Source: Deltaproteobacteria bacterium
GTDB taxonomy: Bacteria; Myxococcota; Kuafuiibacteriia; Kuafuiibacteriales; Kuafuiibacteriaceae
Assembly (NCBI GenBank): GCA_040218735.1
Contig: JAVJQW010000057.1
Coordinates: 448,001-512,000, forward strand
Length of the DNA: 64,000 nt
Reading direction: 5' to 3'
Below, piece by piece: positions 22,007-34,367 of the stretch. Position numbers and translations under genes: made by a program. The number at the start of each line of letters is the position of its first letter. Position 1 is the stretch's first letter. Under the pieces are notes generated by a model. It searched no databases. It was not told the origin of the DNA and worked only from the letters and a program-made list of their open reading frames with translations.

Positions 22007-22661
22007 GCAAGCATTCACACGTTTCATCGAGGTCAGCGGCGCCGCCGGTCTGATCGGGATGGTGGCGGTCCAGGTCTACAAAGAGGTCGCGCGACCGCGA
22101 CGCGCGTTCCACCGGGCGCTGCTCGAGGATCGCTTCACAAAGAAGTGGACCCAGGTGTTGCCGCTCCCCAAGGACGGCGAGAGCAAGCAGTACGAAGACA
22201 CGCTGCTCCTGCTCGATCCGAAGGCGCTGGTCGACGAGCTCCTCGCCGTCGCGCGGCTCGCGATCGCGTCGGCGGACGATTCGAGCGTCGAGATCCTGCG
22301 AGTCCTCAGCGGCCTCGACGAGATCGACGCGACGAAGCTGAGCGACATCGTCGACACGTCGGACGCCGACGACGAGGAAGCGGCCCGCGAAGAGGAGCTC
22401 GACGCCCGCGAGACCTACGCGCGCCGCCTCTACATGCGCATCGAGCGACGCCTCGCCGAGTGGCGCGCCATCGCAGAGACGAGGTGGCGCCTCCGGATGC
22501 GCGTGCTCTCGGGAGCCTTCGCGTTCTTCGCCTTCTTCTTCCTCTTCGAAAACGTCGGCGTGCTGGACGGCATCATGGCGGCGCTCCTCGGCGCGGCGAT
22601 CGCGCCGCTCTACAAGGACCTCCTCACCGCGGCGAACCTGCTGAACCAGAAGACCAAATGA
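21999..22661 (+). CDS. Membrane protein of unknown function
   Basis: RBS aaggag before ATG 21999; N-terminal TM plus two C-terminal TMs ending LGA.IAP.YKDLL. Confidence 0.65.
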   Translation: MDEQAFTRFIEVSGAAGLIGMVAVQVYKEVARPRRAFHRALLEDRFTKKWTQVLPLPKDGESKQYEDTLLLLDPKALVDELLAVARLAIASADDSSVEILRVLSGLDEIDATKLSDIVDTSDADDEEAAREEELDARETYARRLYMRIERRLAEWRAIAETRWRLRMRVLSGAFAFFAFFFLFENVGVLDGIMAALLGAAIAPLYKDLLTAANLLNQKTK

Positions 22662-23067
22662 ACTGGGCGGTACGTACGCTCCGAGTCCGCGCCCTCAGGG
22701 TTCGTGTCGTTCGTTCGGGTCATGCGTACCACAGGACTGCGATCACACTCGGGGCGCACCGGACGAACACACTGACTGGTCTGCTCTGCAAGCTGTCTTG
22801 CGCTCAGCCGAAGGAACGCCGAACGCCCGCGTGAAGGTCAGCGCGCGGACTCGAAGACGTCGATCAATCCTGCACGGGCGCGGTGTACCGACGACCGCGC
22901 CCCGACACCTCCTGAATGCGACCTTTCGCCTCCGCTCGATGAACGAGGGCCACCGTACGGAGGGAAGGCTCCTCCGGTCGCGTGCGTAGGTCGTCGTGGT
23001 TCTGGGAACCCACTGCGAAGCAAGCTGCCTTGCAGTGCACTCGGGGGGACAAGGAGCAACGACCGAC

Positions 23068-25863
<2,796 letters not shown>

Positions 25864-25930
25864 CGCCGACCCGGATCCGATCGGGCGCACCTTGAGGACC
25901 AACTCGGGCGCCCGGTCGGGTTCTTCGGCG
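25864..25930 (+). terminator. Long G:U-containing stem-loop directly after the protease stop
   Basis: cgccga/tcggcg outer stem; ggatccgatcgggcgc pairs with gcgcccggtcgggttc, with wobble pairs as the only non-Watson-Crick positions. Confidence 0.5.
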
Positions 25931-25931
25931 C

Positions 25932-26135
25932 ATGTCGACCCCCGCTCTGCTCCTCTTCGAAGAGCCGACCGCGCTCCACTTCGTGCGCATCGACCCGGCG
26001 AAGGCCAGCCTCTCGATCCACGCCCCGAACCTGAAGCTGCACCTCGCGGGGAGCTACGAGACCGACTTGAACGAGAACGACGACGACCCCGAGCAGTGGC
26101 CGATCCCGAACCTCCTCGCCGTCCGCGCGCCCTGA
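25932..26135 (+). CDS. Small hypothetical protein or gene remnant
   Basis: Strong GC3 codon bias; 67 aa; no family recognised. Confidence 0.4.
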   Translation: MSTPALLLFEEPTALHFVRIDPAKASLSIHAPNLKLHLAGSYETDLNENDDDPEQWPIPNLLAVRAP

Positions 26136-26239
26136 TCGTTCGCGCTGCGCACGGTTGTCGCCGCTGTCCACGGCGTGGACAGCGCGACACCGCAGGCCCT
26201 GCTCCAAGCGACGGCACGCGAGCTGCACACGTCAGGGGT

Positions 26240-27038
26240 GATGACTCGTGAACGCAAAGCGGCGCGCTCCGCTCGCAGGACGACCTGGGTCGGCGCGGGG
26301 ATCGCGCTCGTCCTGGCGCTTGGCCTCTTTGGGCTGCCTCCGCACTTCGTGTTCTCCCCGCCGGTGTTGATCGGCGCCATCGCCGCGCTCGTGTTCGCGC
26401 ACGTCGGCGGTGGGGTGACGGCGCGCGCCGTGGCGCAGCCCGGTGTGGTCGGCCTCCTCGCGGGAGCGGCGCTCGCGGTCGTCGTCGTCGGGCTCGGCGC
26501 CTTCGTCGGAGGGCTCGCCGCGATGCTCGTTTCGCCGGGCGGCTTCGACCTCTTCGACACGTACAAACCCGTCTACTGGGTCGTGATGGTCGGCGGCGTG
26601 CCGGCCATCGCGCTCGGGTGTGTGCACGCCGTCCGTGTCGGTCGCGTCGGTCGCGTTGGCGGCGAGCCTTCGAGCGGCCGCGTGCGCACGGCCGTGGTCG
26701 CGGCGCTCGTCCTCCTCGCTCCCGTCGCGATCACGATGCTGTTCGTCGACCGCCACGAGACGGTCGTCCACGCCATGCGCCTCACCGCGGTTTCCGCCGA
26801 CGCCGGGACGTACGAGCTGGAGTTCGTCGACTTCCCGAACCATCGCGAACGAATCTGGGCACCGGGCTTCGGTGACTTCGTCGAGGGCCGGCCCGACGGG
26901 ATCGTGAACGTGCGGCATCAGGTCATGCGCGACTTCGGCCGCGTGCGTGGTTACCGCCTCCTCGGCATCGATGGTTGGGACGGCGCCCTCGACATGCGGG
27001 GCGGCGGCGCTTCGCCCGGTCCGTCTCCGTGGGACTGA
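26240..27038 (+). CDS. Multi-pass membrane hypothetical protein
   Basis: About five hydrophobic helices followed by a soluble C-terminal domain; start uncertain. Confidence 0.6.
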
Positions 27039-27087
27039 GCTCGTCGCGGCGTGACATCGAGTCAGTCGGCGACGACAATCCGCGCGA

Positions 27088-27725
27088 TGCACGTGGAGTC
27101 GATCGACGCGGTCATGTCGTGGCGCGAAGCGCTCGCCGCGCCCGCGGCGAAGCGGCGCTGGGCGCTTACGGCATTGCTCATCGTCTTCGCGGCGGTGAGC
27201 TTTTCGACGTTCGTTCAGTGGGTCGAAGGTCGCCCCGGCGCGGTCCTCGAAGATCCCGTCCTGCCCTTCCTCCCGCGCGCCGATCTCACCTGGTTCACGT
27301 TCGCGATGGTCTACGCCGTCACGATCGCGGCCATCCTCCGCGCGCTGAAGCGCCCGCTCTTGTTGATGCGCATCCTGCAGGTCTACGCCGGAATGCTCCT
27401 CATCCGAATCGTCGCCATGTACCTGCTCCCCCTCGACCCACCCGCCGACGCGATCCCCCTCGCGGACCCCATCGCGGCGATCCTTTTTGCGAGTGAGTCG
27501 GCCCCGACCCGCGACCTCTTCTTCTCCGGCCACACGGCCACCGCCTGCGTCGTGTTGTTCACGACGAAGGACCGCCGGTGGATGCTGGTGTTCGCGCTCG
27601 CAGCGCTCGTCATCGCCACCGCGGTGCTCGTGCAGCGCGTGCACTACACGATCGATGTCTTCGGCGCGCCGTTCTTCGTGTGGGCGGTGTGCAGCGTGTT
27701 GAACGCTGCCGCGAAGAAAAATTAA
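27088..27725 (+). CDS. PAP2_C / sphingomyelin-synthase-like membrane phosphotransferase
   Basis: DLFFSGHTA and R.HYTIDV motifs; about six TMs. Confidence 0.8.
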
Positions 27726-27787
27726 GCGCCGCGTGATCGATCGAGCGGGGTGCCCTCACGGCGTCGCTAGCCGAAAGGGGTCCCGCA

Positions 27788-29980
27788 TTGAATCGAACAC
27801 CACACCATCGAGCACTCCCTGCCATCTTGGTCCTCGCCGCCGCCTGTGGCGACACCACCGTCGTCGAGCTCCCACCGACCGTCCGCGTCGAACCCGCTTC
27901 GCGCGACCTCGCGGTGGGCGAGCTTCTCCAGCTGCGCGTCATCGAAGAAGACAACAACGAAGACGAGGACATTACGAGCCACGTCACCGCCTGGAAGATC
28001 ACGTCCGAGCCCGCCACCGGGGTGGTCGCGATCTCGAATCACGTCCTGACCGCGGAGGGCATCGGAGTCGCGACCATCGAGGCCGACCTCGGTCGGCCCG
28101 ACAACCCCACCGCCAACATCCGCGTCACCCACGCCCCGCTCGTCGACATCGAGCTGCGGCCCCAGACGCTGACAATGCACCCGGAGGCGCAGGAGCGCCT
28201 CGACGTCTTCGGAATCTACGCGGACGACTCCGAGTCACTCCTCGGCATCGACCGAAGTTTCGAGTGGCGCGCGATCGATCCGTCGGTGGTGCGCGTCGAC
28301 GAGGGCCTCGTCACCGCGCTCGCACCGGGCCGGTCTCGCGTGGAGGTCGAGCACCAAGGCTACATCGCGTCCGCGAACGTCACCGTGTCCGAGTGTGAGG
28401 TCGCCGGACTCGAGCTCCGCCCCACCGCGCTCGCGCTCCGCACCGGTACCCACGCGGTCCTCGAAGTGTACGCCGAGCGATGTGGGCAGTGGGTGCCCGT
28501 CGCGACGCCGGTCTGCCGCGACGCCTCCGAGGACACGAACGTCATCCTCGTCACCAACGCTCCCGGTGGTTGTCGCGTGAGCGGTGTCTTGGGTGGCGTC
28601 GGGCTGGTCGAAACCGAGCTTGGTGGCTGGACCGCACAGGCCGATGTCACCGTTCAGACCGTCGCGCCGTCGAGCCTCACTTGCGCGCCGGATCGCTTCG
28701 ACCTCGCGGTTGGCGAGCGGTTCGACGCGACCTGCACCGCGACCTACTCGGACGCGAGCACGGAGGACGTCACGGGGCGGGTGACTTGCACCGCGAGCGA
28801 CCCGGCCGTCGCCGGACCGGTCGCGAGCGCTTCGGGCGTCACCCAGACGGAAGGCGTCTCGACCGTCACCTGCATCTACGAAGCGCAGGGCGTCGCGGTC
28901 AGCGACGACATCGTGCTCAACGTGCGGGCCGCCGAAGTCCTCCGAGATGGTTGTGTCATCGAACCCGCTGCGAGCACGATCGAAGTCGGCGAGGTCCTCG
29001 CGCACACGTTGACCTGCTCCTACACCGATGGGCGAACGCCGGTGGACCACACGGCGGATGCCAACTGGACCGCGTCCGCGACCATCGCCTCCGTCGGTAA
29101 CGCACCGTCGGACAAGGGCGAGGTCACCGGCGTCGCAGCCGGCCTGGGTTTGGTGACGGCGACGTTCGCGGGTGAGGTCGCCCAGACGCGCGTCAACGTC
29201 GTTCAGCCCGCGGTGTCCAGTCTGCGCTGCGATCCGGCGGCGTACACGCTGGGTGTGGGTTCGCGTTTTCGCATCACTCCGGTCCTCGAGCTGCAGAGCG
29301 GTGGTGAGATCCCGGCGCCGACGGGCTCGGTGAGTTGGAGCGTCGCGCCGTCCGGGATCTGCTCGGTGAACGCGGGGGGCGACGTCGATGCACTCACGCC
29401 GGGGAGCTGCACGATCACGGGACAGGAGCCCTCGGGTCTGACGTGCCAGGTCGCGGTGACCGTGCTCCGCCGCTGTGACTCACCGTCGATCGATGGCAGC
29501 TTCGCGGGAGGCGCGGGGCTCTGGACGATGGATGCGCCGTGGGGCGTCGCCTCACCTTCCAACGTGGGACCGTCATCCTGCGCGACGGGGAGCTTCTGCG
29601 CGGGGACGAACCCGTCCGGCTTGGTCGGCTGCACCAGCGCCATCCTGTGGACGCGACGTTTCAACCTCTGCACGCTTCAACCGGGTGAGCTGACGATTCG
29701 AGCAAACTTCCGAGCGTGGAAGCAGCTCGGTGGCCACCGAGACGCGTGGGTCGTCATCCAGCGGTACGTCAACAACCAGGCTCAGCCGCTCGAATATGTG
29801 GACTCGATCGACGGGTACTCCGCGAACGCAACCGACTGGAACTCCGACGGCGCAGATCTCACCCAGTACGAGGGTGAGTCGGTCCGGCTTGGGTTCTACC
29901 ACCGAGTGACCGACGGGTTCTTCTGCCGAGGCTCGGCACCTGGGCTCTACATCGATTCCGTGGAGCTCACGGCCTTCTGA
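27788..29980 (+). CDS. Lipoprotein with multiple Ig-like (Big_2) repeats and C-terminal beta-sandwich
   Basis: Lipobox AAAC; repeated L..G / W.S.DP.V..V..G.VTA..PG patterns. Confidence 0.75.
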   Translation: MNRTPHHRALPAILVLAAACGDTTVVELPPTVRVEPASRDLAVGELLQLRVIEEDNNEDEDITSHVTAWKITSEPATGVVAISNHVLTAEGIGVATIEADLGRPDNPTANIRVTHAPLVDIELRPQTLTMHPEAQERLDVFGIYADDSESLLGIDRSFEWRAIDPSVVRVDEGLVTALAPGRSRVEVEHQGYIASANVTVSECEVAGLELRPTALALRTGTHAVLEVYAERCGQWVPVATPVCRDASEDTNVILVTNAPGGCRVSGVLGGVGLVETELGGWTAQADVTVQTVAPSSLTCAPDRFDLAVGERFDATCTATYSDASTEDVTGRVTCTASDPAVAGPVASASGVTQTEGVSTVTCIYEAQGVAVSDDIVLNVRAAEVLRDGCVIEPAASTIEVGEVLAHTLTCSYTDGRTPVDHTADANWTASATIASVGNAPSDKGEVTGVAAGLGLVTATFAGEVAQTRVNVVQPAVSSLRCDPAAYTLGVGSRFRITPVLELQSGGEIPAPTGSVSWSVAPSGICSVNAGGDVDALTPGSCTITGQEPSGLTCQVAVTVLRRCDSPSIDGSFAGGAGLWTMDAPWGVASPSNVGPSSCATGSFCAGTNPSGLVGCTSAILWTRRFNLCTLQPGELTIRANFRAWKQLGGHRDAWVVIQRYVNNQAQPLEYVDSIDGYSANATDWNSDGADLTQYEGESVRLGFYHRVTDGFFCRGSAPGLYIDSVELTAF

Positions 29981-30275
29981 ACCCGCACTACCGAGTCCCA
30001 TACCCGGTCGCCGCGCTGGCGGCCGGGATGAGGTTCCCGTCCAGCTGTGGGTCCACCTCGAACGACGCGCCCTCGTGCCCGAAGTTGGCCGACCGATAGA
30101 CCGACAACCCGCGATAGTCGTTCGCGAGAGGTTCCGGCGAACCGTGAGATCAGCTCCCCTGTCGAGAGTAGAAGTCGTCGCCGAGCGCGAGAGACGGCGT
30201 CGTGAGCAGCGCGGTGACGAGGAGGGATGCGAGGCGGCGGGGCAGGCGTGCACTCTAGCAGGCGCCGCATCGTCG

Positions 30276-32435
30276 TCAGGGATCCAGCTCGGTTGCAGTC
30301 TCCGCGTCGGCGGGGGTCGGCAGCGGTTCGAGCGCGTGCAGCGCATCGGCGGCCTCGCCGAGGGTGGCGAGCTCCGACATGCAGCGCACGTAGAGCGGTC
30401 CGAGCTCCGAGCTCGCGTTGTCCGCGGCGCGGACGACCTCGCCGATCTGCGAACCGTCGAGCGGCATGACCGGAATCACCAGGCGCGCGAGATCGGCCGG
30501 CCGCCCCTCGACCGGATAGGGCGTGCTCGCGCCGCGCAGCGCGGCCTCGATGGTGCGCAGCTCGCCGAAGAGCACGTCGCACTGCCATCGGATCTGGCTG
30601 GCGACGTCGTCGTCGTCGAGGCTCCCGTTCTCGAACACCACACCGATGGCGGGGAGCAGCTCGGTGAGCTTGCGTCGGTTCGCGTCGAGCTCGGAGAGTT
30701 TGGCGAGCGTCGCCGCGAGCACATCGAACCTTGCGACGCGCTCCTCATCACCGGCCTCGGCGAGCGTCGCGCGTGCCGCGGTGAGGCGGCGGCTGAGAGC
30801 AGCGCTGAAGCGGGTGAGGTGCTCGGCCGCGGACGACTCCGACTCGAGGGCGTCGTCTTCGAGGCGGTCGAGCCCTGCCGGCGTGACGTCGGCAAGGCCG
30901 AAGCTGTCGCCGTCGACGCGAGAGAACCCCGCGCCGCGGAGCGCGCGGACCTGCGCGATCGAGACGAGCCGTTCGCGCGTCTTGGAGAGGGACCGTGCGA
31001 CCGCGCGGGCTCGAGCGGCTTCGTTGACCAACGCTTGGCGCGCCGCCGCGAGCGCTTCGCGTCCGCCGGGCGACGCGGCTTCGAGTGCGGGGAAGGTGGG
31101 GTGGCTCGGTGCGATGACGCCTTGAAGGAGTCGCACGAGCGCCTCGTACTCTGCGTCCTGCACAGACATCGCTTCGACGAACGCGTCGACCGGGACGAAG
31201 CGCGACGACGGGACGTCTTCGCCGATCAGACGCACGAGGTACGCGCGCGTCACCTCTTGGCTGACGCGTTCGAGGTTCTCGAAGACGGAGGCCGCCGGGG
31301 CTTCGACGGTGTAGATGCCCGGTGCGCCGATGCGCTGCGCCGCCGCGATGCGCGCCTCGTCGGGCGGGTGGGTGTCGAAGAGCGAGCGGTTGTCGACGCC
31401 GTTCTTCAGCACCTCCGCCATCTTCGCGCGGTCGATCTGCGCTTCGCGTTCGACGATCAGGCGCGGCAGGTCGTCGGGGAGCTCGCGTCGGTCGCGCCAC
31501 GAGGTTTCCAGCATCTGCATCGTCACGACCTCGCCGACCGAGAGCTCCTTCATGCGCGTGAACGTCTCGGCGAACGGACCCGAGCCCGCGACCATCACCT
31601 CGTAGGTGTCCGCGTCGTACTCCATGCGACGGAGCAGGAACGTGGAGATCCCGTCGCCGATCATCATGAGGAGCCAGAGCACACGTCGCGTCGCCCACAC
31701 CCCGAGGCGACTCGCGAACAAGATGATCTGCACGTAGAAGTGCGGCGCGTTGTTCGACCAGCGCTCGAGACCTTCGTCCCACGTGTCGCGCTCGTACACC
31801 ACGCGCGCGAACCACACGTTGATCGATCGGATGACGAAGGACAGACGCATCCCCGCGCCCTGCGCGAAGTGACCGAGCTCGTGGCTGAGCACGCCGGTGA
31901 GGTGGCGAAGTGACAGGCCGCGAATGAGCGGGAGCCCGATGGTCAGTGTCAGCTCGGGACGTGGCGACAACACACTCCGCCAGCCGTCCGAGAAGGACGC
32001 GGACGCGTTGACGTTGCAGTCGAGCACGATGCGCTTCGGAACGGGCGCACCGACCGTGCGCGCAAGGCGCGCGACGAGCTCGTAGACCACGGGCTCCTCG
32101 GTCGGGCTCAGCGCCCGCACGAACGGCGACTCGGGCCGCGCCGCGAGCAGCGGCTTGAGCATGAAGACGACCGCGATCCCGCCGAGCACGATCGGGCTGA
32201 TGTAGACGAGGAGCCGCCCGCGCCCGCTCCCCGAGCCGCCCAGGATGTCGACGTTCGCGGTCGCGTGCCAGAACACCAGGTAGGCGACCCCGCCGACCAA
32301 CGCGAGGTAGATCAGCGGCAGCACGATCATCGCGACGGCGTTGAGCGCGAGACCGAGCTGGTAGGTCAACGGGAGGCGGACGCGGTCGACGACGGCGTCC
32401 TCGGGGAGGAGGAGCTCTCGGGGGGACGCGGACAT
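30276..32435 (-). CDS. M48 (HtpX-like) membrane zinc metallopeptidase with long C-terminal extension
   Basis: NASA, VLSHELGH, EYDAD, DTHPP..RI; N-terminal TMs. Confidence 0.88.
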   Translation of the reverse strand: MSASPRELLLPEDAVVDRVRLPLTYQLGLALNAVAMIVLPLIYLALVGGVAYLVFWHATANVDILGGSGSGRGRLLVYISPIVLGGIAVVFMLKPLLAARPESPFVRALSPTEEPVVYELVARLARTVGAPVPKRIVLDCNVNASASFSDGWRSVLSPRPELTLTIGLPLIRGLSLRHLTGVLSHELGHFAQGAGMRLSFVIRSINVWFARVVYERDTWDEGLERWSNNAPHFYVQIILFASRLGVWATRRVLWLLMMIGDGISTFLLRRMEYDADTYEVMVAGSGPFAETFTRMKELSVGEVVTMQMLETSWRDRRELPDDLPRLIVEREAQIDRAKMAEVLKNGVDNRSLFDTHPPDEARIAAAQRIGAPGIYTVEAPAASVFENLERVSQEVTRAYLVRLIGEDVPSSRFVPVDAFVEAMSVQDAEYEALVRLLQGVIAPSHPTFPALEAASPGGREALAAARQALVNEAARARAVARSLSKTRERLVSIAQVRALRGAGFSRVDGDSFGLADVTPAGLDRLEDDALESESSAAEHLTRFSAALSRRLTAARATLAEAGDEERVARFDVLAATLAKLSELDANRRKLTELLPAIGVVFENGSLDDDDVASQIRWQCDVLFGELRTIEAALRGASTPYPVEGRPADLARLVIPVMPLDGSQIGEVVRAADNASSELGPLYVRCMSELATLGEAADALHALEPLPTPADAETATELDP

Positions 32436-32531
32436 TCGTCTGCGAAGACTTGCGCCAACGGGTGCGCCGAACAACTCGCCCAGAGATCAGGTCGCACGCG
32501 ACGCGTCGCACGGCCGTGGATGGGCTGCCCC

Positions 32532-32573
32532 AAAAACAAAACGGCCGGTCGCCCTTTCGAGGCAACCGGCCGT
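32532..32573 (-). terminator. Rho-independent terminator downstream of the tRNA
   Basis: acggccggt(c)gcc...ggc(a)accggccgt stem followed on the minus strand by TTTTGTTTTT. Confidence 0.8.
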
Positions 32574-32584
32574 AATGATTGGAG

Positions 32585-32658
<74 letters not shown>

Positions 32659-32703
32659 ACAGGTGAGGCGGGAGTCTATCCGGCCGCGCGCTCACGTCAA
32701 CAA

Positions 32704-33855
32704 CTAATTCGGCGCCAATCGATCGATGAGCGCTGCGTCGATGCCGGCGGCCTCGAGGACCTCGCGGGTGTGCGCGCCGAGGGCGGGCGCCTCGGACAAC
32801 GGCGCCGCCGCGGGGGCGACGTCGAGGGCCGCCGCGATGCGGATCGGGCTGCGCGAGGTCCCCGCGTTGGTGCGATGACCGCGCGCGACCGCGTGCGCGT
32901 CCTCGTCCGCCTCCGCGAGCGTGAGCACCGGCTCCACACACGCTTCGACCTCGCGAAAGATCGCCGTCCACTCGGCCATCGTCTTCGTCTCGATCGTCGC
33001 CTGGATCTTCGCGCGGGCCTCGGCGCCGGAGGGGCCGACGTCCAAGCCGCTCCCGAGCAACGACTCCAAACCCGTCGCCGCGCAGAACGCCGACCAGAAC
33101 TTCGGCTCCAACGCACCGACCGCGAGCCACCGCGCGTCCTTCGTGCGGTAGACGCCGTAACAGGGGCGCGATCCGTCGAGCAGCTCCTGCCCGCGCACCA
33201 CGTCGGTGCCCGCGTGCGTGAGGCCGACCGACGCCGCCGTGAAGGCCGCGCCCGCCTCGACCAGCGACACGTCGACCACGCTGCCCTCCCCCGTCCGCTC
33301 ACGGCGATAGAGCGCCGCCAGGATGCCGGAGACTGCCGTCATCGCGCCGCCGATGTCTGCGACCTGCACCGCTGGCGGCACCACGGCGTCCGCCGTGCCG
33401 CACAGCTCGAGCGCACCGGAGCGCGCGAGGTAACCGAGGTCGTGACCCGCGCGCTGCGCGTCGGGGCCGTTCAAACCGAAGCCCGTGATCGCGCAATAGA
33501 TGAGCCGCGGGTTCTCGCGCATCAGCTCCGCCGGATCCAAGCCGAGCCGCGCCAACACCCCCGGTCGGAAGGTGTCGACCAGGACATCCGACGCGAGCGC
33601 GAGCCGACGCACCACCGCGACCGCCGCCTCGTCCTTCAGGTCGAGGGCGACGCTCCGCTTGCCTGCGTTGAGCTCTCGGAACAGGGCGCCCGTCGGCGGG
33701 TCGCCGACGAGCGGGGGATACCATCGGGCGTAATCTCCGCCCTTCGGGTCCTCGACCTTCACCACCTCCGCCCCCAGCTCAGCGAGCTGGCGCGTGGCGT
33801 ACGGGCCCGGCAGCAGCCGGCCGAGGTCGAGGACTCGAACGCCCGTGAGCGGCAT
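32704..33855 (-). CDS. CaiB/BaiF family III CoA-transferase (AMACR-like)
   Basis: RVLDLGRLLPGP, NAGKRSVALDLK, FRPGV..RLG, AGHD..Y. Confidence 0.92.
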   Translation of the reverse strand: MPLTGVRVLDLGRLLPGPYATRQLAELGAEVVKVEDPKGGDYARWYPPLVGDPPTGALFRELNAGKRSVALDLKDEAAVAVVRRLALASDVLVDTFRPGVLARLGLDPAELMRENPRLIYCAITGFGLNGPDAQRAGHDLGYLARSGALELCGTADAVVPPAVQVADIGGAMTAVSGILAALYRRERTGEGSVVDVSLVEAGAAFTAASVGLTHAGTDVVRGQELLDGSRPCYGVYRTKDARWLAVGALEPKFWSAFCAATGLESLLGSGLDVGPSGAEARAKIQATIETKTMAEWTAIFREVEACVEPVLTLAEADEDAHAVARGHRTNAGTSRSPIRIAAALDVAPAAAPLSEAPALGAHTREVLEAAGIDAALIDRLAPN

Positions 33856-33859
33856 CGGC

Positions 33860-34192
33860 TCAGCCGAGGATCTGCTGCAGCTTGAGCGCGAGCGACATCT
33901 CGCCCTTGATCTTCAGCTTGCCCTGCATGAACGCCATCTGGCCGTTCAGCTTGCCCGCCACCAGGTCCACGAAGTCCGAAGCCGACATCGTGATCTTCAC
34001 ACCCGGCTCCTCGATCTCGCCCTGCGAGACCCAGTCGGCCTTCTTCGTCAGGTCGACGACGTACTGGCCGCCGCCGTCGCCGGTCAGGTCGAATTGATAG
34101 GAGTTGTTGATCTGCTCGGCGACTTCGGGCTTGGCCTGAAGGCGCTCGGGGATGTGCTTCTCGAAAACGTCCTGGACGGTGATGTCACTCAT
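33860..34192 (-). CDS. SCP2 sterol/lipid-binding domain protein
   Basis: YQFDLTG..GG, AFMQGKLKIKG.M.LA.KL. Confidence 0.9.
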   Translation of the reverse strand: MSDITVQDVFEKHIPERLQAKPEVAEQINNSYQFDLTGDGGGQYVVDLTKKADWVSQGEIEEPGVKITMSASDFVDLVAGKLNGQMAFMQGKLKIKGEMSLALKLQQILG

Positions 34193-34221
34193 GGGCTTCT
34201 CTCGTTCCTTTCGATCGTCGA

Positions 34222-34241
34222 TTGATTGACTGTTCAATCAA
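34222..34241. promoter_or_regulatory. Palindromic operator (TetR-like) between divergent SCP2/CaiB and HMG-CoA lyase genes
   Basis: TTGATTGA-CTGT-TCAATCAA, perfect AT-rich inverted repeat in a ~70% GC genome. Confidence 0.65.
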
Positions 34242-34367
34242 CGCGCGGAGCCTGCCCGACGTGCCGCGGAGTGTCAATCGAATGCAGCCCCGGAAAGGTT
34301 TTCGGATTTCGGGTGTTTCCAGACTGTCCGATCGGCTACCGTGGTCGACGGCACGACGGAAAACGGC

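Noticed and set aside
22658-22834. 58-aa ORF overlapping the stop of the membrane gene
   Set aside because: Poor codon bias and no motif; probably chance.
30169-30250. Minus-strand signal-peptide-like stretch (RLPRRLASLLVTALLTTPSLALG)
   Set aside because: No proper start codon and it stops after ~30 codons; at best a remnant.
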